This document shows positions 37,554-47,630 of a stretch of 64,000 bases of DNA, piece by piece. Where the stretch lies: contig CABZCR010000005.1 in the NCBI GenBank assembly GCA_902524285.1, forward strand, positions 6,441-70,440, written 5' to 3'. The notes beneath the pieces are model-generated. The model saw only the letters and a program-made list of their open reading frames with translations. It was not told where the DNA came from and searched no databases. Position numbers and translations under genes: made by a program. Every line of letters starts with the position of its first letter. Position 1 is the stretch's first letter. Source of the DNA: an uncultured Pelagibacteraceae bacterium. Lineage in GTDB: Bacteria > Pseudomonadota > Alphaproteobacteria > Pelagibacterales > AG-422-B15.

Positions 37554-38561
37554 TTGAAAATACTCATCGCATCAGACGCATGGCTCCCTCAAATAAATGG
37601 TGTTGTTAGAACTTATCAAACACTTGGTGATAAACTTACAAGTCAAGGACATGAGGTTAGGTACATAACTCCAGATAAATTTATTACAATTCCACTGATT
37701 ATTTATCCTGAAATAAAACTTGCGATTAATCATTGGTTCAAAATTGGCGTGATCATTGAGAAGTTTAAGCCTGACTTTATACACGTTGCTACAGAGGGGC
37801 CTATTGGTTTAGCTGTTAGGAATTATTGTTCAAAGAATAATTATGCGTTTACAACCTCGTATTGTACAAAATTTCCTGAATATATAAATACGATGGCTAA
37901 GATACCTGTATCTTTTACATATAAAATTTTGAAATGGTTTCACAAAAATTCTAGCGCAGTAATGGTATCTTCTAATTCAATTATAGATGAACTTAATTCA
38001 CATGGAATTAAAAGGACAGTTAAATGGTCCAGGGGCGTTGATATAAAAGCTTTTAATCCGAAGAACAAGATTGATCTCAATTTAGAAAAACCAATTTATT
38101 TATATGTAGGAAGAATATCTAAGGAAAAATCATTAGAAGATTTTCTTAAATTAAATTTAAAAGGCACAAAATTACTTGTAGGTGATGGACCCTCTAAGAA
38201 AAAACTAGAAAAAAAATATACTGATGCAGTTTTTGTAGGGGCGAAGAAAGGAAATGAACTGGCCCAGTACTATGCATCTTCAGATATTTTTGTATTTCCA
38301 AGTAAAACAGATACGTTTGGAATGGTCATGATCGAGGCTCTCGCCAGTGGACTTCCTGTGGCCGCATATCCTGTTCCAGGTCCAATTGATGTTTTTGATA
38401 ATTTTAAACATAATTGTCTTGATCATAATTTAATTAATTCAATTGATAAGGCGAGAAAAGTGAGTCGTACAGATTGTATAAATTATAGTAAAAAGTTTGA
38501 TTGGCAGGAGGTTTCTAAGCTGTTTTTGTCACATCAAACTGTATCACGCGTTGCAAAATAA
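37554..38561 (+). CDS. agt: GT4 glycosyltransferase, Agt-like (non-phosphorus glycolipid synthesis)
   Basis: DAWLPQINGVVRT, ATEGPIG and FPSKTDTFG motifs; plcP context. Confidence 0.75.
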   Translation: MKILIASDAWLPQINGVVRTYQTLGDKLTSQGHEVRYITPDKFITIPLIIYPEIKLAINHWFKIGVIIEKFKPDFIHVATEGPIGLAVRNYCSKNNYAFTTSYCTKFPEYINTMAKIPVSFTYKILKWFHKNSSAVMVSSNSIIDELNSHGIKRTVKWSRGVDIKAFNPKNKIDLNLEKPIYLYVGRISKEKSLEDFLKLNLKGTKLLVGDGPSKKKLEKKYTDAVFVGAKKGNELAQYYASSDIFVFPSKTDTFGMVMIEALASGLPVAAYPVPGPIDVFDNFKHNCLDHNLINSIDKARKVSRTDCINYSKKFDWQEVSKLFLSHQTVSRVAK

Positions 38562-38692
38562 CAACACTTCGAAAAAAATTTTTTTATACAGTATTCATCT
38601 TAATGAATTTTAAATAAAAAATTAATAATAAGAAATTATATTTAAATAATTTTGAAATAAAAAAAACACGTTTAAACATATAAAAAAATAAA

Positions 38693-38752
38693 CTGTTATA
38701 TAATCTTAACAAAATTGAAATAATATTAATTTAGCTGTAACAAAATTTTAAT
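38693..38752 (+). promoter_or_regulatory. Pho-box-like repeats upstream of the porin
   Basis: CTGTTAT-ataa-TCTTAAC-aaaa-TTGAAAT and CTGTAAC-aaaa-TTTTAAT. Confidence 0.55.
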
Positions 38753-38842
38753 AGACCTTAATAATTGTTAATATTTACTTAACTAAAATTTTATGAAATC
38801 TCATGTATGACTTCATTTATTAATTAATTAATGGAGTAATTT

Positions 38843-39793
38843 ATGAATAATAAAATTTTAAGTGCAACGACTGCGCTTGCTGGCATAATGGCTCTTTCAA
38901 GTGCGCAAGCAGATGTATCTGTTGGCGGTACTTTTAATGGCTTGTGGGGAGATGGAGATTCTTACGCGTCTCAGCAAAGAATATCAGTTACAGAATCAGC
39001 ATACGTGACTTACACAGATACATTAGACAATGGTATCGGCATAGAAGGTACGATGGCTTACGAGTCTGGTGCAGGTGCTGGAACAGATAATGCTGGTGAT
39101 TTCGATATTTCATTCATTTCTGACATGGGCACAGTTTCTTTTGGTAATGGTCTCTCAGGCGGCCCCGTTGATAGTATGGATAGCCACCCTGTAAAATCAT
39201 CATTTGCAAGCTCGAGAAAATTACCTCAAGGCTTAAGCGCTGATTATGAAGATGGTGACGGCGTTACTGGTGCAGCAGGTTTTGATGATAACAACCAAAT
39301 TGTCTACACATCACCTAAGATAAATGGATTTACTGTTAAAGCGGGTATCGGATTTGGAACAACGGCTGGTTATGACGACATAATGGCTTATTCAATATCT
39401 GGAAAGATTGCCGGTTTTTCAGTCAAAGGAGGCATTGTCGATGAAGGCAACACGGACTCTAGAACTGGGGATGAAAACTATATGATTGGTATTAAAGCAC
39501 CCAAACTTGCAGGTTACACAATCGGTTATGGTCTATACGACTCGGATAGTGGTGACAGCTATACAGTAGTAGGTGTTAAAACACCAAAGATTCCTGGATT
39601 GGGTGCAACATTTCAATATGAATATTTTGATGTTGATAATCCTGGCTCAACGGCTGATGACGATGGCTCTATTGCTTCCTTGCAAAAGTCATTCGGTGGA
39701 GGCGTAAAAGCTTCATTTGAATATCATTTTGCTTCCGTGGGTTCAAATGAGGATGTTGAAAACTTCTTCATTGGCTACAAAATTGGCTTTTAA
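38843..39793 (+). CDS. Outer-membrane porin
   Basis: Signal peptide ending AQA; TLDNG and IVYTSP motifs; amphipathic strands; C-terminal Phe. Confidence 0.85.
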   Translation: MNNKILSATTALAGIMALSSAQADVSVGGTFNGLWGDGDSYASQQRISVTESAYVTYTDTLDNGIGIEGTMAYESGAGAGTDNAGDFDISFISDMGTVSFGNGLSGGPVDSMDSHPVKSSFASSRKLPQGLSADYEDGDGVTGAAGFDDNNQIVYTSPKINGFTVKAGIGFGTTAGYDDIMAYSISGKIAGFSVKGGIVDEGNTDSRTGDENYMIGIKAPKLAGYTIGYGLYDSDSGDSYTVVGVKTPKIPGLGATFQYEYFDVDNPGSTADDDGSIASLQKSFGGGVKASFEYHFASVGSNEDVENFFIGYKIGF

Positions 39794-39830
39794 TTAACTT
39801 TTTTTAATCCTTTCAAGTTAATTGATCATG

Positions 39831-39868
39831 ATAACCAGAGTGCAAATAATGCACTCTGGTTATTTTAA
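39831..39868 (+). terminator. Intrinsic terminator after the porin
   Basis: ataaccagagtgca/tgcactctggttat perfect 14-bp stem plus T-run. Confidence 0.8.
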
Positions 39869-39902
39869 TAAACATGTAACAATCTTGTAATATTAATAAG
39901 TA

Positions 39903-40400
39903 ATGAAAGCATATTTTTTCTTCATTTTTATTTTAGTCGCTCTCACCAACTGCGCTCAACTTCCATTAAGTATAGAAAGGGCAGACTCTGGCCATATTAG
40001 AGGAGAAGACGCAGCAGATCCTAACTCAAGGGGTATAAGCCTTAATAAATGGATAAACGATGAAATAAGTAAATCACTCTCAATCAATAATGATAATTTA
40101 ATCAATAATAAAGAAAAGCTATGGAAGGCTTCACTTGCAAAGTTGTCATTCATGCCGGTGTTGGAAGCCAGCAAAGAAGACTACTTTATATTGACTGATT
40201 GGTTTTCAATTGAAAAAGATATAAACAGCCGTATTAAAATTGATGTTTATATTGTTGGTGATGATTTAACGAAAGATTCCTTAGACATTAGAATATTCAT
40301 TCAAGAATTAAAAAATAATAATTGGATAAAATCATCCTCCGATAACGATGTATTAATAAAAATTCAAAATAGCATAATTGATTACGCCGCTTCAATATAA
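39903..40400 (+). CDS. DUF3576-like lipoprotein
   Basis: Lipobox-like LTNC; LWKASL..LSFMP...ILTDW motif. Confidence 0.7.
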   Translation: MKAYFFFIFILVALTNCAQLPLSIERADSGHIRGEDAADPNSRGISLNKWINDEISKSLSINNDNLINNKEKLWKASLAKLSFMPVLEASKEDYFILTDWFSIEKDINSRIKIDVYIVGDDLTKDSLDIRIFIQELKNNNWIKSSSDNDVLIKIQNSIIDYAASI

Positions 40401-40401
40401 T

Positions 40402-40917
40402 CTATAAGAATCTAGGTCGAACAAAATCTGTAACTTTAAATGAATTATATTTTAATTCACTCCAATCTTTTAAATCAGATTTTAGTATTGCAAGACTTCC
40501 TGTAGGAAATTTATTTTTAATATTTAAATATTTTTCATCTTGAGAGGGCGCACTTAAATCAATTGTTAAATTTCGAATTGTCGGTTCATGATTAACAATT
40601 AAAATATTTGAATAATTATTTTCAGTGTTTTTGATTAAGTCAAAAAGGTAGATTTCGTCACATAAATATAATTTCTTGCTAAAAACAACCTTCGAGCTTG
40701 TCCTTAGTGTTTTTCCAAGAACTAAATTAAATGTGTCGACAGTTCTTCTTGCAGATGAAACATAGGAAATATCAGGTATTATTTTTTTTTGTGAAAGAAA
40801 TGTTTCAATTTTGTTACAATTGTTTTTTCCTCTTTTTGAAAGAGGTCTCTCAAAATCAGTTAAACTAGGATCATCCCAACTTGATTTAGCGTGTCTCAAT
40901 AGATATAAATGCTTCAT
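40402..40917 (-). CDS. sixA: SixA-like histidine phosphatase
   Basis: LYLLRHAKSSW...DFERPL..RG, HEP and FPTG motifs; start moved to 40917. Confidence 0.85.
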   Translation of the reverse strand: MKHLYLLRHAKSSWDDPSLTDFERPLSKRGKNNCNKIETFLSQKKIIPDISYVSSARRTVDTFNLVLGKTLRTSSKVVFSKKLYLCDEIYLFDLIKNTENNYSNILIVNHEPTIRNLTIDLSAPSQDEKYLNIKNKFPTGSLAILKSDLKDWSELKYNSFKVTDFVRPRFL

Positions 40918-40927
40918 CACTTTAATA

Positions 40928-43057
40928 ATGATAAGAAAAAATACAAATTCAGACAATAAGTTCTTAAACAGAGAATTATCATGGCTTCTTTTTAACCAAA
41001 GAGTTTTAGATGAGGCTAATAATATTAAAGTGCCGATAATCGAAAGAGTTAATTTTCTCTCAATTTCTGCAAGTAATCTGGACGAATTTTATATGGTTAG
41101 AATACCAAGCCTTTTTGATGAAATAGAAAATAATCCAAACAAAATAAGCCATGACGGCATGACTGGACATCAACAATTAAAAGCAGCACAAAATGCATCT
41201 GCAAAAATATTTAAGGATCAGGACGCTACTTTTAGAAAACTTGTTAGAGAATTAAATACAGAAAAAATAATTCATATTACGCCTAATAAATTAAATATAA
41301 GATTGAAAAAAAATCTAAAAAAACTTTTTAATGAAGAAATACTGCCTATATTAACGCCAATTTCAATTGACCCAGTGCATCCATTTCCATTTATTCCAAA
41401 TGAAGGATTGTGTATTTCATTGAGTTTAGTTGCAGGAGGTTCAAATAAACCGTTTAATTCGGTAATCATTGTTCCGCGAGCATTAAACAGACTTGTGTTT
41501 ATTCAAGAGGGTAAAAAAGAATACTATTTATTTGTTGAAGATATTATTAGATATTTTTTTAAAGATCTATTCCCAAATTCTAAATTGTTGGATAGTGCTA
41601 TATTCAGGGTTATAAGAGACAGTGATATCGATTACGAATATGAAGACGATGAAGATGTTATTAAATACTTTGAAAAAGCATTAACAAAAAGAAAAAGAGG
41701 GGAAATAGTAAGGCTAGAAATTTTAAAAAATATATCATCTAAAAAGAAAAACTTTTTAAAAAAAAATTTGAATCTTAAAGATGCGCAAGTCATTGCTCTA
41801 TCAAAGCATGTTGGTTTACAAGATTTATCGCAGATTCATAATTTAAATAGACCAAAATTAAAATTTAAAAAATTTATTTCAAGACCTGTTGAAAGGTTAA
41901 AGCAATTTGATAATAATTGTTTTGCTGCCATCAGATCAAAAGATTTTGTTGTCCATCATCCATATGAAACTTTTGATGTTGTAGTTGATTATTTAAATCA
42001 GGCTGCTATAGATCCAAAAGTAGTAGCTATTAAACAAACGATTTACAGAACCACTGCTGATAGTCCTATTATAAAAGCCCTTACAAAAGCAGCAGATAAC
42101 GGCAAGAGTGTTACAGCTGTTGTTGAAATCAAAGCAAGATTTGATGAGGAATCTAATTTAGCTCTTGCCAATCAAATGGAGAAATCAGGAGTTCAAATTG
42201 TATATGGTTTCGCTCAATTGAAGACGCATGCAAAGGCAAGTCTAATTATCAGAAGAGAAGCAGGCAAATTAAAAAGCTATGTACATGTAGGCACAGGAAA
42301 CTATCATCCAAAAAATGCTAAAACTTATGAAGACCTGTCATTATTTACGGCAGATGAAAAAATCTGCAAAGACATTGAGAGAATCTTTAATTACATGACT
42401 GGGTATGCTTCTCCAATGAAATTAAATGATATAGTGCTCTCTCCACCCGCAATGCGAAATCAAATTAATGCAATGATTGATAATGAAATTAAAAATGCAA
42501 AGAAAAGTAAACCATCTGGTATCTGGCTTAAAATGAACTCTTTGGTTGACCCTCAAATGATCTCCAAGCTTTATGAGGCTTCTGCAGCGGGAGTAAAAAT
42601 TGAATTATTCATTAGAGGAATTTGCTGCTTAAGACCAGGAGTTAAAAAACTTTCTGAAAATATTGTTGTTAAAAGTATCATTGGCCGGTATTTAGAGCAT
42701 GCTAGAATCTTCTGTTTTGCAAACGAATCTAATATACCATCAAAAAATAACACCGTTTTAATTGGATCAGCTGATCTTATGCCTAGAAATCTGGATAGAA
42801 GAGTTGAAATATTAACCCCCATAAAGAACTCTACTGTCCATGAACAAATACTGAATCAAATAATGGTTGCCAATTTTCTAGACAATGAGCAAACGTGGAT
42901 GATGAACGATGATGGCACATACAAAAGAGTTAAACAAAAAGGTAAGACGTTTAATGCACATAAATACTTCATGTCAAATCCAAGTTTATCAGGTAGAGGA
43001 AAATTAAAAGGAAATAGAAAGCCGAAGAAACTACTCTCTCTGATGCGTTATGAATAA
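40928..43057 (+). CDS. ppk1: Polyphosphate kinase 1
   Basis: NRELSWL.FN.RVL, NLDEF, HPFP, HHPY, GTGNY and GSADLM.RNL motifs; start moved to 40928. Confidence 0.95.
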   Translation: MIRKNTNSDNKFLNRELSWLLFNQRVLDEANNIKVPIIERVNFLSISASNLDEFYMVRIPSLFDEIENNPNKISHDGMTGHQQLKAAQNASAKIFKDQDATFRKLVRELNTEKIIHITPNKLNIRLKKNLKKLFNEEILPILTPISIDPVHPFPFIPNEGLCISLSLVAGGSNKPFNSVIIVPRALNRLVFIQEGKKEYYLFVEDIIRYFFKDLFPNSKLLDSAIFRVIRDSDIDYEYEDDEDVIKYFEKALTKRKRGEIVRLEILKNISSKKKNFLKKNLNLKDAQVIALSKHVGLQDLSQIHNLNRPKLKFKKFISRPVERLKQFDNNCFAAIRSKDFVVHHPYETFDVVVDYLNQAAIDPKVVAIKQTIYRTTADSPIIKALTKAADNGKSVTAVVEIKARFDEESNLALANQMEKSGVQIVYGFAQLKTHAKASLIIRREAGKLKSYVHVGTGNYHPKNAKTYEDLSLFTADEKICKDIERIFNYMTGYASPMKLNDIVLSPPAMRNQINAMIDNEIKNAKKSKPSGIWLKMNSLVDPQMISKLYEASAAGVKIELFIRGICCLRPGVKKLSENIVVKSIIGRYLEHARIFCFANESNIPSKNNTVLIGSADLMPRNLDRRVEILTPIKNSTVHEQILNQIMVANFLDNEQTWMMNDDGTYKRVKQKGKTFNAHKYFMSNPSLSGRGKLKGNRKPKKLLSLMRYE

Positions 43058-44543
43058 TTTAATTCCCAAAAAAAAATTATTTTTTAAAGACGAACGTATT
43101 GCAATAATCGATATTGGCTCTGATACAGTTCGTTTTCAAATTTTTGAAAACTTTAGGTATAATCAGATAGCTATTTTTAATAAAAAAATTTCATGTGGGT
43201 TAGGTAAAGATCTAATTAAAAACAATAAGCTTAATAAAGACTCTATAAAAAGAGCAATGAATGCGTTCTATTATATAAAGGAATTGATAGACTCATCAAA
43301 TATTAAAAATTTTGAAATTTTTGCAACAGAAGCTGTCCGTGTTGCTAAAAATAGAGAATCATTTGTTGCTGATGTAGAAAATATTTTTAAAAAGAAAATA
43401 CATGTATTAACTGGCGATGAAGAAGCAAAATTTTCTGCCATGGGATGTATTGTTGGTCTAAAAAAATCAAGTGGTCTCGTTGCCGATCTCGGCGGTGGCA
43501 GCTTAGAACTCGCAGAAGTTAAAAAGAAAGAAATAATGAATACATTGTCTTTGCCTCTAGGTGTTCACAGAGCAAAAACTAAAAATAAAAAAATAATAGA
43601 AAAATTCAAAAACTCTCTACGGCATACTGAATGGCTTAATGAAAATAAGTTTAAAAGGGTAATCCTTACAGGCGGCACGTGGAGAGCTTTAGTTAAATTA
43701 TATTTTGATAAGTACAGCTATCCTCTCAAAGTCATTCATCATTTCAAACCTGATTTTGATAACTTTGTATCGATGCTTGAAGAAGTTTCAAATTTTAAAA
43801 AAAAGGATTTGCAACAATATTCATTAATTACAAAAGATAAAACACCATTTATACGATACGCAGCCAAGGTCGCGATGGAAATAATAAATAAGGCCTCTGC
43901 TAAGCAAGTAGTTATTTCATACACAGCTATCAGAGAAGGTTATATTTCTCATAAAATAAACTTAAGCTCAAATAGCGATCCGCTTGAATATCAATCATTA
44001 AAGGTAGCTGCAATTTCTAACGAATTAAATCCTAGTGCCGTAAACTATGAGAATGTAAAATTATTCACTAATAATTTTTTTAAAAGAAAATCCTATTTAA
44101 ATAAAAGAATAAGAGTGTCCTCTATAAGCTATTTGTCAACGGGAGACAGTATAGCTCGTGACGAGAGGGGATTGTTTGTATTTAAACAAATATTAAAATC
44201 AGAAATATTAAAGTTTAGCCATTCTGACAGAGTTACACTCGCTACTGTTATTTATGTTTTTCACAATGGAATAGATCTAAATGAGATAAAAGATTATAGA
44301 AAAATTATAAATAAAAATAAATTATTAAGCAGTATTGAGCTTGGATTATTCTTAAGAATTGTATATGAAATTGGAAAATTATCTAATTTTAATTACAGCA
44401 ATATCAGTATTTATGTAAAAGATTCAAATTTGATATTTTCTATCCCAAAAAACTATTCAGAACTTTTAAACAGTAGATTTAATAAATTTATTTTAATGCT
44501 TTCAAAGCACAAAAAATTATCACAAAAGATTATATTTGTTTAA
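43050..44543 (+). CDS. ppx: Ppx/GppA exopolyphosphatase
   Basis: IDIGSD, ATEAVR.A.N and DLGGGSLE motifs; follows ppk. Confidence 0.85.
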   Translation: MNNLIPKKKLFFKDERIAIIDIGSDTVRFQIFENFRYNQIAIFNKKISCGLGKDLIKNNKLNKDSIKRAMNAFYYIKELIDSSNIKNFEIFATEAVRVAKNRESFVADVENIFKKKIHVLTGDEEAKFSAMGCIVGLKKSSGLVADLGGGSLELAEVKKKEIMNTLSLPLGVHRAKTKNKKIIEKFKNSLRHTEWLNENKFKRVILTGGTWRALVKLYFDKYSYPLKVIHHFKPDFDNFVSMLEEVSNFKKKDLQQYSLITKDKTPFIRYAAKVAMEIINKASAKQVVISYTAIREGYISHKINLSSNSDPLEYQSLKVAAISNELNPSAVNYENVKLFTNNFFKRKSYLNKRIRVSSISYLSTGDSIARDERGLFVFKQILKSEILKFSHSDRVTLATVIYVFHNGIDLNEIKDYRKIINKNKLLSSIELGLFLRIVYEIGKLSNFNYSNISIYVKDSNLIFSIPKNYSELLNSRFNKFILMLSKHKKLSQKIIFV

Positions 44544-44546
44544 TCA

Positions 44547-45641
44547 ATGGAAAATATCAGTTTTATTCTTAATAAGCTAGAAGATGCAATAATCGTTCTT
44601 GATTCCGATCAAAAAATTGTTTTTCAAAATTCCCATTCAATAGATTTATTTGAAAATAATTATACTGGTCAAAATATAACAAACTTAATTAGAAGCCCAA
44701 TAGTTTTAGAGGCATTAGAAAATGTATATAAAAATAAAGAAACAGAAATAATTGAATTTAATAGCGAGTACGGAAGTTTATCACCTAGATCAACAAATTT
44801 TTACAATGTGGAGATTAGTTATGAGAAAAATCATCTCCAATTAACTAACACAAGAGACAATTATGTTATTCTCATGAAAAATATAACTCCTTTAAAAAAT
44901 ATTGAAAGAGTACGCTCTTCTTTCATTGCAAACGTAAGTCATGAGCTAAAAACACCTCTTGCTACAATCATGGGTTTTTTGGAGACTATAAGAGGTCCAG
45001 CAAAAGATGATCAAAAATCTATGTCTAAGTTTCTTGGTATTATGGATAAAGAAACAATTCGCATGAAAAGACTGATAGATGATTTAATTGTCGTATCTAA
45101 AATAGAGTCTGATGAGCATATTCATCCAACCAAAAAAGTTAATTTATTGAAAACAATAGATAATGTGGCTGAAAGTCTTAAAGAATACGCATTGACAAAG
45201 AATATTAAAATAAGAGTCAACCATCAACTTAGTGAGGGTTTATTTGTATTGGGAAATGAAGATGAGTTGGTGCAGGTCTTTACAAATATTATAGATAATT
45301 CGATTAAATATGGAAAACTAAACAGCTCAATAGATATATTGGCAGAAAAAATCAAAAAGCAAACTGATTATAGTGATAATAAAAAACTGTTTCCACAACT
45401 TGTATCAAAAATCAGCGTTAAAGATGAAAGCGAAGGCATTCATCCTAAACATCTAGCAAGATTAACTGAACGTTTTTACCGTGTAGATGCAGCAAGATCA
45501 AAAGAAATCGGTGGAACGGGTTTAGGGTTAACCATAGTTAAACATATTTTAAATAAGCACAGAGGACATTTAGATATAAAAAGTGAAATAAATCAAGGCA
45601 GTACATTTTCAGTAGAATTGCCTATTGCACCCATTTCATAA
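44547..45641 (+). CDS. phoR: Phosphate regulon sensor kinase (PAS-HisKA-HATPase)
   Basis: FIANVSHELKTPL and RLTERFYRVD...GGTGLGL.IVKH motifs; pst context. Confidence 0.85.
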   Translation: MENISFILNKLEDAIIVLDSDQKIVFQNSHSIDLFENNYTGQNITNLIRSPIVLEALENVYKNKETEIIEFNSEYGSLSPRSTNFYNVEISYEKNHLQLTNTRDNYVILMKNITPLKNIERVRSSFIANVSHELKTPLATIMGFLETIRGPAKDDQKSMSKFLGIMDKETIRMKRLIDDLIVVSKIESDEHIHPTKKVNLLKTIDNVAESLKEYALTKNIKIRVNHQLSEGLFVLGNEDELVQVFTNIIDNSIKYGKLNSSIDILAEKIKKQTDYSDNKKLFPQLVSKISVKDESEGIHPKHLARLTERFYRVDAARSKEIGGTGLGLTIVKHILNKHRGHLDIKSEINQGSTFSVELPIAPIS

Positions 45642-45681
45642 GGTGCAATAATAGTTTAACAAATCTTGGTTAAAATAAGAT

Positions 45682-46404
45682 ATGGCGACTCAATTTGTTT
45701 TGTTTGGTTATCATCATTTGGCAACAATTTTCACAATTGTGACTATTTCAATTTTATTTCCTTTCTTTGTTCGATTTATAAATAATAAAAATGTAACTAG
45801 ATCAATTTTTTTGTTAATTGGTTTTATATTAATTTCTCATGAGATAATAAAGCCATTTTATCGAGTGATATTTTATGATCATTCTATTTACGAAGTATTG
45901 CCATTGCACATTTGCCATATAGCTGCAATATCAATAGGATTATATGTGTATACAAAGATTAAATTTTTTTTCGAAGTGGGTTATTTTTTTGGATTAAGTG
46001 GAAATTTCCTTGCAATCATTACACCAGATTTGGATTTCTCATTTCCTGATGCAGAGTATATTACTTATTATTTCGGTCATGGTTTATTACTGCTTGGTGT
46101 AATATATGCCTGTGTATGTACGAAGGTTCAATTAACCTGGTGGTCAGTTTTACGAGTTCTTTTGTTTGCCGTTTGTTTATTACCTATAATTTATGGACTA
46201 AATATTTATATTTCTCAATTCTTTAAAGGTGTAAATTATTGGTATTTAATGATAACGCCTGCCGCGAACACACTTTTAGATATATTTCCATCTCCTCCAA
46301 TGCACATTCCTTATTTGGCTGTGTTAACAGTTATTATATTCACATTAATTTATCTTCCCTTTAAATATCTTAATAAAAACAGTTATTTAAACTATCAACA
46401 ATAA
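45682..46404 (+). CDS. YwaF/TIGR02206 family membrane protein
   Basis: LPLHIC, AIITPD, YYFGHG and NYWYL motifs. Confidence 0.8.
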   Translation: MATQFVLFGYHHLATIFTIVTISILFPFFVRFINNKNVTRSIFLLIGFILISHEIIKPFYRVIFYDHSIYEVLPLHICHIAAISIGLYVYTKIKFFFEVGYFFGLSGNFLAIITPDLDFSFPDAEYITYYFGHGLLLLGVIYACVCTKVQLTWWSVLRVLLFAVCLLPIIYGLNIYISQFFKGVNYWYLMITPAANTLLDIFPSPPMHIPYLAVLTVIIFTLIYLPFKYLNKNSYLNYQQ

Positions 46405-46409
46405 ACTGA

Positions 46410-46465
46410 CATTCATAAAACTGTAATAAAACTGTTATAAACATGTAACCAAGTCAAAATAATTT
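46410..46465 (+). promoter_or_regulatory. Tandem Pho boxes of the pstS promoter
   Basis: CATTCAT-aaaa-CTGTAAT-aaaa-CTGTTAT-aaac-ATGTAAC (11-bp period), 10 nt, TAATTT. Confidence 0.85.
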
Positions 46466-46497
46466 ATTGACGATTCTAAACCTTAATGGAGAAAATA

Positions 46498-47559
46498 ATG
46501 AGATTAATCAAAATAATGATTATTGCAGTTTTCGCTTCATCAATTTTTACATTCAGTTCTCAAGCTAGAGATACTATAAAAATCGTTGGTTCGTCGACTG
46601 TATACCCTTATGCAACCGTAGTTGCTGAGAGATTTGGTAAGACTGGATTTAATACACCAGTGATTGAGAGTACTGGTACGGGCGGTGGAATGAAATTATT
46701 CTGTGCTGGAGTTGGTACCGATCACCCCGATATTACCAATGCGTCTCGTAAAATTAAAAGTAAAGAAAAGGCATTATGCGCTAAAAATGGCGTTACTGAT
46801 ATAATTGAAATTACAATTGGTAATGACGGCTTGACGCTTGCTCATAGCTTAGATGCTGCCGATGCAGACTTTACGCAAGAGCATTTATTTTTAGCAATTG
46901 CAGAAAAAGTACCCGCTAATGTTGCAAAAGATGGCGAGGGTAATGTCATTGCTGGAAATTTAATTGATAACCCATATGAAAAATGGTCTGACATTGATGC
47001 TTCATTACCTGATCATAAAATTGAAATCCTAGTTGCACCACCTACATCTGGTACAAGAGATGCTTGGAATTCACTTATTATGAAAAAAGGCTGTAAAGCA
47101 GCAGGTGCATATAAATTATGGGAAAATGCTGGTGAAAAAGCAAAGAAAAAATGTGCAGTAGTGCGAGAAGATGGAAGAGTTATTGAAGCTGGTGAAAATG
47201 ATACTTTAATAGTTCAAAAATTATCTGAGGATCCAGAAAGATTTGGTTACTTTGGTTACAGCTATCTTTTAGCTAACGAAGATAAAATTAAATCTGCTTC
47301 GATCACTGGAATTCAGCCAACGCTTGCTGGTATCCAGGATTATTCTTACCCAATTGCACGACCATTACAGTTCTATGTGAAAAAAGCTCACGTAGGTGTT
47401 GTGCCAGGAATTGAAGAGTTTCTTGAAGCTTTCACAAGTCCTGATGCAATGGGTGAAGATGGATATCTAACTGATATCGGTTTAGTTGCATTATCTGATG
47501 GTGATGCATCTGATATAAGATCAAGAGTTGCTAACTTAGAAACACTCGATCTGGACTAA
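46498..47559 (+). CDS. pstS: Phosphate ABC substrate-binding protein
   Basis: IVGSSTVYP, ESTGTGGG and PPTSGTRD motifs. Confidence 0.95.
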   Translation: MRLIKIMIIAVFASSIFTFSSQARDTIKIVGSSTVYPYATVVAERFGKTGFNTPVIESTGTGGGMKLFCAGVGTDHPDITNASRKIKSKEKALCAKNGVTDIIEITIGNDGLTLAHSLDAADADFTQEHLFLAIAEKVPANVAKDGEGNVIAGNLIDNPYEKWSDIDASLPDHKIEILVAPPTSGTRDAWNSLIMKKGCKAAGAYKLWENAGEKAKKKCAVVREDGRVIEAGENDTLIVQKLSEDPERFGYFGYSYLLANEDKIKSASITGIQPTLAGIQDYSYPIARPLQFYVKKAHVGVVPGIEEFLEAFTSPDAMGEDGYLTDIGLVALSDGDASDIRSRVANLETLDLD

Positions 47560-47575
47560 AAGACTTGATTAATCC

Positions 47576-47608
47576 ACAACTGAGGCAAGTTATGCTTGTC
47601 TCAGTTGT
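47576..47608 (+). terminator. Stem-loop between pstS and pstC (mRNA stabiliser or partial terminator)
   Basis: acaactgaggcaag/cttgtctcagttgt stem. Confidence 0.7.
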
Positions 47609-47630
47609 TGAATAAGCATTATGGTGAAGC

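Noticed and set aside
40802-40819. Pho-box-like TTGTAAC-aaaa-TTGAAAC inside sixA (minus strand)
   Set aside because: Inside a coding region with no downstream target in that orientation; likely chance in AT-rich DNA.
40811-40956. Long overlap of ppk1 and sixA as given in the ORF track
   Set aside because: Family motifs begin after ATG 40928 and ATG 40917; the extensions are longest-ORF artefacts.
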